Source of the DNA: a virus
Taxonomy: Duplodnaviria > Caudoviricetes
Virus record (IMG/VR): IMGVR_UViG_3300030090_003965
Span: 1 to 62,136 of that record
Length of the DNA: 62,136 bases
Reading direction: 5' to 3' (one strand)
Positions 55,555 to 62,136 of this stretch are shown in pieces. Every line of letters begins with the position of its first letter. The stretch's first letter is position 1. The notes beneath the pieces are model-generated. The model was not told the DNA's origin, searched no databases, and was given only the letters and a program-made list of their open reading frames with translations. A program made the translations under genes and the position numbers.

Positions 55555-56748
55555 TTATGTTCTATTCCCAAACAAGTTCTGATACCCCTGATACGCCCCC
55601 AAAGCCGCTATACCCGTACCTACCGCAGCACTCATGGGATTAGCTCCCGGAGCCGTGGTAGCCGTAATTGCCGACTCACTACTGGGAGCCCCCTTGTACA
55701 TGTCACTAAGGAACCCTATGCGCTGGAACGGTTCGTAGGCTTCGGCGGTAGCAGTCTGGCGGTAAGCGTCCATTGCGCGTTGCTGGGTTTCTTGGTCTAA
55801 GCCGCCCAGCAGGCTAAGGAACTGGTTTTCGCCTTGTTGTATGGCTGCTTGTCTTGCACCTAGGTCGCCGTAGGCAGTACCCATGCCTCGCAGGGTATCG
55901 GCGGTTTGGCCATACAGGCCTCCTACGCCCATTAGTCCAGCACCGCCTTGTTGCATTCCGGTTAAGCCTAGTTGGCCACCTCGTAAGGCTGCTTGTGTAC
56001 CTAATTGTCCAGCCATGCCCAAGCCTTGTATTCCCAACTGCTGCCCGCGTTGCAAGCGGCCCAGTTGTTGTTCTCTTGCACCCATGCTGGCAGCCAAAGC
56101 CTGTTGGTAGTTACGGCTCATGTCTTCGGCAATCCGCTTAGCCTTAATGTCACTAATGTTGCGCTGGAATTCTTGTTCGGCAACGGCTTGACGTGTACCA
56201 CCAAAAGCTCCCGCAGCTACCCCCTGTGCCCTGATACCCATTAGGTCTTGCTGGGCTTGGCGGTCTATATCCCTTAGGGTCTGCTGGGTGACTTCTCTTT
56301 GGTAGGGGTCCATAAAGCGGGCGGCTTCGTTAGGGTCGTACATGGCAGCACCAGCACCTAAACCACCAACCAAGGTACCAATTCCTCCCATAGTATCTGC
56401 GGCTCGTTGGTCTGCCAGAGCAGCGGCACCATACCCGTACTGGGGAGCACCACGGAAAACACCAGCGGCTTCTGCGCCTAGTTGGCCTATATTGCCCGCA
56501 GCCGCTACGCCACTGCCCAAGGCTCCTGCGGCTCGGTTTAAGTACGGCTGGTAGGAACCCAGTCCCTGTGTGGTACGAGTCATTGCTAACCGCTGCATGG
56601 GGCTTAGGCCCGCTGTTTGGTAGCCTAAACGGCTCATATCAACGGGTATGGCTGCTCGTTGTTTAGCTAGTTCTAATAGACCTAGCTTGTAGGCTTCTAT
56701 TTCGGGGGCTTCCCGTGCAATGTGTGTTTGAACGTTTTCTTCAACCAT
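55555..56748 (-). CDS. Putative DNA ejection / pilot protein
   Basis: Gln/Gly/Ala-rich; FMDPYQ..V, AGAFGG.R..V, hydrophobic C-terminus. Confidence 0.65.
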   Translation of the reverse strand: MVEENVQTHIAREAPEIEAYKLGLLELAKQRAAIPVDMSRLGYQTAGLSPMQRLAMTRTTQGLGSYQPYLNRAAGALGSGVAAAGNIGQLGAEAAGVFRGAPQYGYGAAALADQRAADTMGGIGTLVGGLGAGAAMYDPNEAARFMDPYQREVTQQTLRDIDRQAQQDLMGIRAQGVAAGAFGGTRQAVAEQEFQRNISDIKAKRIAEDMSRNYQQALAASMGAREQQLGRLQRGQQLGIQGLGMAGQLGTQAALRGGQLGLTGMQQGGAGLMGVGGLYGQTADTLRGMGTAYGDLGARQAAIQQGENQFLSLLGGLDQETQQRAMDAYRQTATAEAYEPFQRIGFLSDMYKGAPSSESAITATTAPGANPMSAAVGTGIAALGAYQGYQNLFGNRT

Positions 56749-58348
56749 ATTGTTTACCGTTTTCTAAGTCTCGCATCATACCGTACATACGTGCTGCGCC
56801 TTTTCGTCGATCGCCATTTCCAGCCTTTTCAACGGCCTTAGCTGTAAATACAAATTCACCATCACTTAGCATAGCTGGTACGCTATCGGTGGTGGGGCCT
56901 CCGGGACCGACTATTTCGCCCCCACTGGCGGCAGCCACTACTTGTCCCTGTTGAAACAACGGATTCTGTAACGCAGGGAACATATACGGCCTGTATCCCA
57001 TACTGGCGGGCGCGGGCGGTACGTCTTCTACTAGAAAAGGCCGTGGTGCTTGGTACTGTGCTAACGCACTATGAGCAGCACTCGGCACAAAATCTTGTAC
57101 ATTAAAACCGTAACGGGCAGGGTCTTGTTGTAACAGATCTACCCCTGTGGTTTGTTTTTTCATAAGGTTTTGTGCGGAAGGCTTTGGTTTGTCTTCTTCG
57201 GCAGCGGCACCTAGGTAACTAAGGGCTGCAAGGCCCCCGCTAATCTTAGCGGCTGTGGGGAGTTGGTCTACATAACGGCCTATACCCGCCATGGACTCAG
57301 GTAGTTTAGATTCTAAAAATCCCACCTCCGGCGGAGGTGCTGTTGTTGTTGCTTTAACAATTTCTGCCTCCGATAACGTTCCTATACCTTGTAATCGTTC
57401 GCGTTTACTAATGTTTATTACAGTGCCATCATCTAGCGTAACGAGCTGGTCGGTTGGGAGTGTATCAGTCAGGTTTCCAGTTGGTATTGGTGCCACAGCA
57501 GAGGTTTGTAGGTTCGGAAGCCCACTAACAGCCGAAAGTGCCTTTTCTGTTGCGGCGGCGTTTCTGGCTGCTGCCGCAGACTGAGGCAGGTTTTGATACT
57601 GCGAAAGCCCACTAAGTGCCTTTTGTGTTACGGCGGCGTTTCTGGCTAATGCTCCAGATGCGCCAGTAGGTATCGAAGTCATCGTACGGGGAGTAACAAG
57701 TGCGCTTTGGCCCCCTTGTAAGGCTGTTGTTGTTGAGCCTAGGTTGCTGTAGGTACCTGTGCCTGTGCCTGTGCCTGTGCCTGTACGTGCGCCTCCAAAA
57801 TGCGCACCAGCAGCCGCTAATGCAGCAGCCTTTAGGGCGTCTTCGGTAGAATACCCCGCTGCCTTGGCTCCTGTGCCTGCGCCCACAGCAGACCCAATAG
57901 TAGAACCCCACCCCGCACCGGCTCCTCCCATTAGGTTGTAGCCTATTACTGCGCCTATAACGGGCAGGGCTTTCTTTATGAGCTTACCTACTTTTTTAAG
58001 GGTTTTTTTAAAAAAGAATTCGGGTTGTCCCGTAATAGGGTTAATACTGTTAAGCTCATTGCCCACTATGTAACGCTCGGGTTCAAGGCCGAGTTCTTCC
58101 ATCTGGGTAAAGAGCATTTTCTTAAGTCGTGGGTTGTTTTCCAGTACTTCCATGGGGAGTACGGTTTCGCCTTCGGCGGCGTGTATGATGTAAGTGTCGC
58201 CTTCGCGACCGAACTCAGCCAACATTTCCGCTTGCTTGGGCAAGCTGGCTATGCCAGTGGTGGGCACCATTTCTTCTTCCACTACGCGGTAAGGCAAGCT
58301 GGCTATACCCTGTGGTTGTGCGGCTAGGCTTTCTAGACCCCCTTGCAT
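56741..58348 (-). CDS. Internal virion protein
   Basis: GR.GDT...H...GE.V, NSINP.TG.PEFF, GPG..T.DS.PAMLSDGEFV.TAKAV. Confidence 0.65.
   Translation of the reverse strand: MQGGLESLAAQPQGIASLPYRVVEEEMVPTTGIASLPKQAEMLAEFGREGDTYIIHAAEGETVLPMEVLENNPRLKKMLFTQMEELGLEPERYIVGNELNSINPITGQPEFFFKKTLKKVGKLIKKALPVIGAVIGYNLMGGAGAGWGSTIGSAVGAGTGAKAAGYSTEDALKAAALAAAGAHFGGARTGTGTGTGTGTYSNLGSTTTALQGGQSALVTPRTMTSIPTGASGALARNAAVTQKALSGLSQYQNLPQSAAAARNAAATEKALSAVSGLPNLQTSAVAPIPTGNLTDTLPTDQLVTLDDGTVINISKRERLQGIGTLSEAEIVKATTTAPPPEVGFLESKLPESMAGIGRYVDQLPTAAKISGGLAALSYLGAAAEEDKPKPSAQNLMKKQTTGVDLLQQDPARYGFNVQDFVPSAAHSALAQYQAPRPFLVEDVPPAPASMGYRPYMFPALQNPLFQQGQVVAAASGGEIVGPGGPTTDSVPAMLSDGEFVFTAKAVEKAGNGDRRKGAARMYGMMRDLENGKQYG
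57756..57784. repeat. (CCTGTG)n hexamer tandem repeat encoding a TG linker
   Basis: About 5 in-frame copies. Confidence 0.8.
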
Positions 58349-58444
58349 GAAGACTCCTCTTTATTGAGATCAAACACACGCAGGGTTGCGAACCACTGTG
58401 CTACGCTGGAGAATATAATATATGGGTATTTCATAGTTGGCAAT

Positions 58445-58741
58445 TTAAGATATCGTCACAGTTACACTACCCACACTAACCGTTGCCTCATTACCGCGGG
58501 GATGTGGCTTATTAAGCGCAGTAAGTTTGGCGTAGTTGTCGTGGTTAAAAAGAGCTCCGGTTTCTAAACCTTGGTCATCGGTTTGCAGAGCAGTAAAAAC
58601 AAAAGCGGTGGCACGGCCTTCTCCGGGGTTCTGCGTTTGCTGTAAAAATACACTAAAAGCCCGCACTATTTCCGCTAGGTAACGGGCCGAGTACTCCTCG
58701 GGCGGTACAGGAAAGTCCGGTTGTACAAGGTTACGCGACAT
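58445..58741 (-). CDS. Small tail-associated hypothetical protein
   Basis: TAATG overlap with the upstream tail gene; C-terminal VGSVTVT. Confidence 0.55.
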   Translation of the reverse strand: MSRNLVQPDFPVPPEEYSARYLAEIVRAFSVFLQQTQNPGEGRATAFVFTALQTDDQGLETGALFNHDNYAKLTALNKPHPRGNEATVSVGSVTVTIS

Positions 58742-60639
58742 TACCGCCTGCCATCCGGTCTAACGTCTACACGAGGGCTTCCAAGCCGCCATTGGGTTTC
58801 GGTACCAGTGGTGCCTACCCTTAGTGCAAAAGACCGCCCTCTGAGCCGTACATGCACCTGTGTGGTGTATTGTTCTACGGTGGTAGTGGTACCGGCTACA
58901 GAGCGAGTTATGGTGCTGTCGGTGGTGGTGTCGTAGTTACCTCCGGGAAAATCCCTTGTTTTTAACGTAAACGTAGCCGTGGGAGATGCCGCTGTTGACC
59001 CGTCAAAGGTAATATCCGGTATTAACCGCCGAATAAAAGCGTAGTTGTCGCCTTCGCCTATGTCTATCTGACTAGACTCAATATACGACGTAATAGCCCC
59101 CGCGGGGCTGCTGCTGCCATCATCCATGCCTTTTTCTTGGTTATACAGGTAGTTATCGGTGGCGGCGGCTATGGGGTAGCGGTTAATGCCTCGGTCAAGC
59201 CATGCGGTACGTGCCAAGGTACCTATAGACCATGCCTGCTCCTCGTAGTTGTAGATTACGTAGCGGTCGTTTTCGGTAGAATCGGCACTGGGGTAAAACC
59301 ACCAGATTTCACCAAAAGAACTGTTTAGCGCAGCAAAGGCTTTTTCCTTTTGTTGTAGGTTAAAGTCGTTAAATACATAGGAACGCACCGTACACGGCAG
59401 CTTTTGTACTCTACCGTCATAAACGTAAAAGTCCTCTAGCCCCATCCAAAAAACAATATCTGCCGTGGCTTTTGCCGCCTGTGGAGACATAATGGTGATG
59501 TTATTTGAAATCTGGTTAATTCCAAACGTAAACGGTGGTCCCAAAAACTGCATGGCATGTAACGAAACATCCGTGAACACCAGAATCTGTTGCCGTGTTT
59601 CTACGGCGCATATAATTTCCGACCCCGACCCCAACCTGAATCCGCCTGCGGTATTGTTGGCGGTGCTTATCCAAGTGGTAGCACTCTCTTGGTGGCTAAA
59701 ACGTATCATTAAGGGGTCTTGTGTGCCTATGGCGTCTTCGGGGTCACAGCCAAAAGCCACTATGTGGCGGTCGCGGTCACTTACTAGGACTTGCTTTGCT
59801 AGTGTAGGGGCTTTACCGTCTGCGCCGGTTAGGTCGCTAAGAGCAACAGCACGTGAATACGTAGCAGCTTGGGCACTGGTGTCCCAGTAGTAAATGTTAC
59901 CATCACGTATGTTCATAATAAGGTCTTCGCCAAAATTATCATGGCTCCATAAACGCAGTATCATAGAGATGTCGGCAATAGACGCTGCCGAATTCCATGT
60001 ACCACGGCCCCATGTGCTTGCTCCCCAACCAGTACCCAGTACGGTGGTGTCTAAACCGGTGTTTACCTGATACTTACCCACTACACTGCCGCCTCCGTTG
60101 CCAGAGTCACTACTGTTGGCGGTAACGGTATCGCCGCTGGTGTCTTTTGCAGTAAAGGTATAGGTGTTTACACTGGGCACACTAGCTACTTGGTATTCTT
60201 GGTTCAGCACGTCAGCGGTAATCAACCCACCAAGCGTTGCTGCGCCGCTAAAGGTTACAAAGTCATTAACTACGCAGTCGTGGTTAGTATCGGTTGCGGT
60301 AATAGTGCTAGACCCATTAGTAGCGGCAAAAGTAACATCCCCCGCGGTAGTAGTGGCACGTAAAGGGGTAACGTCATTGTAGCTATCGCCTTCTTTTATG
60401 TAGTACTTAAGGTGTGTGCCTACGCCCATACGCAGGGTGCCATTTAGGGAATCCCAAGCGTGTAGTCCACGGCAAGTACCTAAAAAAGTGTTAGAGGTGT
60501 TCTTTTCCCAACCACCGATTTTTTCCGGTACACCAAAACGGAACCTTATCTTTTCAGCAACAAACCAGCCTCCTTCGTTGGTGTAGGAAGTGGTTTCTCT
60601 ATTTATCCCGGGACGGAACTGTAGTTTTTGTAAAGGCAT
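58741..60639 (-). CDS. Tail/nozzle (head-closure, stabilisation) protein
   Basis: MPLQKLQFRPGINRE.T.Y..EGGW...RFR.G.PEKIGGW...WRLG.PR.D..PDGRR; beta-rich. Confidence 0.7.
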   Translation of the reverse strand: MPLQKLQFRPGINRETTSYTNEGGWFVAEKIRFRFGVPEKIGGWEKNTSNTFLGTCRGLHAWDSLNGTLRMGVGTHLKYYIKEGDSYNDVTPLRATTTAGDVTFAATNGSSTITATDTNHDCVVNDFVTFSGAATLGGLITADVLNQEYQVASVPSVNTYTFTAKDTSGDTVTANSSDSGNGGGSVVGKYQVNTGLDTTVLGTGWGASTWGRGTWNSAASIADISMILRLWSHDNFGEDLIMNIRDGNIYYWDTSAQAATYSRAVALSDLTGADGKAPTLAKQVLVSDRDRHIVAFGCDPEDAIGTQDPLMIRFSHQESATTWISTANNTAGGFRLGSGSEIICAVETRQQILVFTDVSLHAMQFLGPPFTFGINQISNNITIMSPQAAKATADIVFWMGLEDFYVYDGRVQKLPCTVRSYVFNDFNLQQKEKAFAALNSSFGEIWWFYPSADSTENDRYVIYNYEEQAWSIGTLARTAWLDRGINRYPIAAATDNYLYNQEKGMDDGSSSPAGAITSYIESSQIDIGEGDNYAFIRRLIPDITFDGSTAASPTATFTLKTRDFPGGNYDTTTDSTITRSVAGTTTTVEQYTTQVHVRLRGRSFALRVGTTGTETQWRLGSPRVDVRPDGRR

Positions 60640-60643
60640 ATAA

Positions 60644-60880
60644 TCACATTAACACGCCAACTATATGGGTAATGGCAGTGGCAAGTACTGTACCCACCAC
60701 TAACCAAGCCAGTTTTTCCCATCTAGCTGAATGGCCGTTAACCGTAACCCGCAGGGCTTTAAGCTCGTACATGGCCTCTGTCCAACGTTTTCCACATTCT
60801 TCTTCGTGGAGTTCTATTTTTTGTAAGGCTTGTAGTGCTGTTTGCATTGCGGGGTCGTTTTGAACGGTTCTTCTCTTCAT
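60644..60880 (-). CDS. Small membrane-anchored coiled-coil protein
   Basis: HE..C..R motif plus C-terminal TM. Confidence 0.55.
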   Translation of the reverse strand: MKRRTVQNDPAMQTALQALQKIELHEEECGKRWTEAMYELKALRVTVNGHSARWEKLAWLVVGTVLATAITHIVGVLM

Positions 60881-61065
60881 TTTCTACGTCGTTTAACTGT
60901 TTTAGTTGTGTAGGCTTCATTGCGGTCGGGAGTAGTGGGGTCATCCGCTTTGTACTTACCCTGCTTGTTTCTAGCTCGTACGGTGATTTCTTCTCTCCGT
61001 AATACCACCCTGTTAAACCACTTACTGAACGGTACCATCTTTATCAACCTCCACTTTCCAAACAT
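60877..61065 (-). CDS. Small basic hypothetical protein
   Basis: RAR...G.Y.ADDP.TPD.NEAY motif; true start probably the second Met. Confidence 0.55.
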   Translation of the reverse strand: MFGKWRLIKMVPFSKWFNRVVLRREEITVRARNKQGKYKADDPTTPDRNEAYTTKTVKRRRK

Positions 61066-61732
61066 TTAAGTTAGCGGCTACAGTGCGGCGTTCGCCTTCG
61101 CCCTTAAAGGGGTAGACCATGTGCTGTAACCAACTAGGAAACATATAGAGCTTACCGACCTGCGGCTGCAACGATGTGGACTGTGGGGGCCGTAACCGCT
61201 CCACATCCATAAGAGAGTTTCTGCCGTACTGAAATGCCAGATAGCCGTCACAAGCTCCACTGGAGTTGTAAAGGCTGTAGTTTGGTGTGCCTGCTGTAGG
61301 CTGATCCAGTATCTGCTGCGGAACCTTAGTCCAGCAGGTTACTGAAATCCCCATAATGGTTTTAGTGCCGTGGTCATGGATAGGATTGTAGTCACCCTCA
61401 AAGCTATGAACTGACCACAACTCATCAACCTCAACCTTGCGTGTTCCTGCCAAGATGTTTGCAGTCTGCTGGCTAAAGTGCTTGATATACTCGATACCAA
61501 GGCCACAGATAAGATCAGAAAATTCCTTTAACTCAGGAGATTCGTGATTCATCGTCAGTTGCTGACCATGCTGAATCTGTCCTACCAGAGTCCCGGCATG
61601 AGATCGACGTTCTTCGCTCTCAAGCAGTTCGTCCAGATAGCCATTCAGACCATCAACCATCTCTGGCGGCAGATTCGTTTCCAGCATATACGCCGCAGGC
61701 AGTGTCCAGTTCTGAAATTGAATTTCTGGCAT
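61022..61732 (-). CDS. 2OG-Fe(II) oxygenase-family protein
   Basis: W.V....GDYNP.HDH, P..G.L..FPSWL.H.VYPF....ERR..A.N. Confidence 0.85.
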   Translation of the reverse strand: MPEIQFQNWTLPAAYMLETNLPPEMVDGLNGYLDELLESEERRSHAGTLVGQIQHGQQLTMNHESPELKEFSDLICGLGIEYIKHFSQQTANILAGTRKVEVDELWSVHSFEGDYNPIHDHGTKTIMGISVTCWTKVPQQILDQPTAGTPNYSLYNSSGACDGYLAFQYGRNSLMDVERLRPPQSTSLQPQVGKLYMFPSWLQHMVYPFKGEGERRTVAANLNVWKVEVDKDGTVQ

Positions 61733-62064
61733 TAGCTTGGAATCGTATAACTGTTATCAGGCACAGGATTGGATGGCGGATTAGTAATTACACTATCTAC
61801 CTGACTAGCGAATATCGCATCCCACTTGGCTGTCGGACAAATTCCTTCAAGCTCGCTCTTAGTCCAAGAACCTTTAGCTTTCTTGGAAAACACTGTAGCT
61901 CCAGAAAGAGGGTCTACACTTTCTACTGTAGTCGAAAAAGTAGAGACATAATGAGTTGCATCACCTTCTGAGTCATTCTCATACCTCATCACCAAATCCC
62001 ACCTGTGAACCTTGCTCGACTTAACGTACGGCACGGCCTTAGTGAGTGTTTTCGTTACTGCCAT
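61732..62064 (-). CDS. Small tail-fibre-associated protein
   Basis: AAGGAG SD; directly follows the fibre C-terminus. Confidence 0.5.
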   Translation of the reverse strand: MAVTKTLTKAVPYVKSSKVHRWDLVMRYENDSEGDATHYVSTFSTTVESVDPLSGATVFSKKAKGSWTKSELEGICPTAKWDAIFASQVDSVITNPPSNPVPDNSYTIPS

Positions 62065-62065
62065 C

Positions 62066-62136
62066 TTACTCTCCTTGGCATTTACATTTAGGCTGCGCTT
62101 TCAATTCCTCTACTTCAGCAGACAGTTCTTGAACTG
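62066..62136 (-). CDS. C-terminal end of a tail fibre (chaperone-type coiled coil), partial
   Basis: Reads ...VQELSAEVEELKAQPKCKCQGE*, resembling the coiled coil that ends S74 intramolecular-chaperone fibres. Confidence 0.6.
   Translation of the reverse strand, partial: VQELSAEVEELKAQPKCKCQGE

Noticed and set aside
1-62136. Alternative genetic code or stop-codon reassignment
   Set aside because: Core genes are full length under the standard code and use TAA, TAG and TGA as stops.

Overview
The window is most of a ~62 kb tailed dsDNA phage genome, probably a short-tailed marine type, with nearly all genes on the minus strand. It appears to be opened inside one tail-fibre gene, whose N-terminus runs off the left edge and whose C-terminus enters at the right edge. 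It carries head genes (TerS, TerL, portal, scaffold, GroES, major capsid), tail and internal-virion genes, lysis genes (GH108 endolysin, holin) and a PolA/primase/UvrD/SNF2 replication module. Four things stand out. (1) An 860-bp island at 21182-22041, between terS and terL, has by my hand count 0 TC and 2 GA dinucleotides. It holds a whole transcription unit (promoter, GA-free Shine-Dalgarno, a 208-aa protein with no Asp or Glu, terminator), and milder GA/TC avoidance extends over much of the genome. (2) A thymidine-hypermodification gene set: dUMP hydroxymethylase, aGPT-Pplase1-type enzyme with an apparent ATC start, Nmad1-like and HD nucleotidases, and a GT-B glycosyltransferase. (3) A CsgF-CsgG-curlin-FecR-curlin-CHASE2 adenylate cyclase module sits inside the head operon. 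(4) The early region is built from repeated sigma70 promoter cassettes with a palindromic spacer, several paralogue families and a small acidic DNA-mimic candidate. All family calls come from motif recognition by eye, not database searches.
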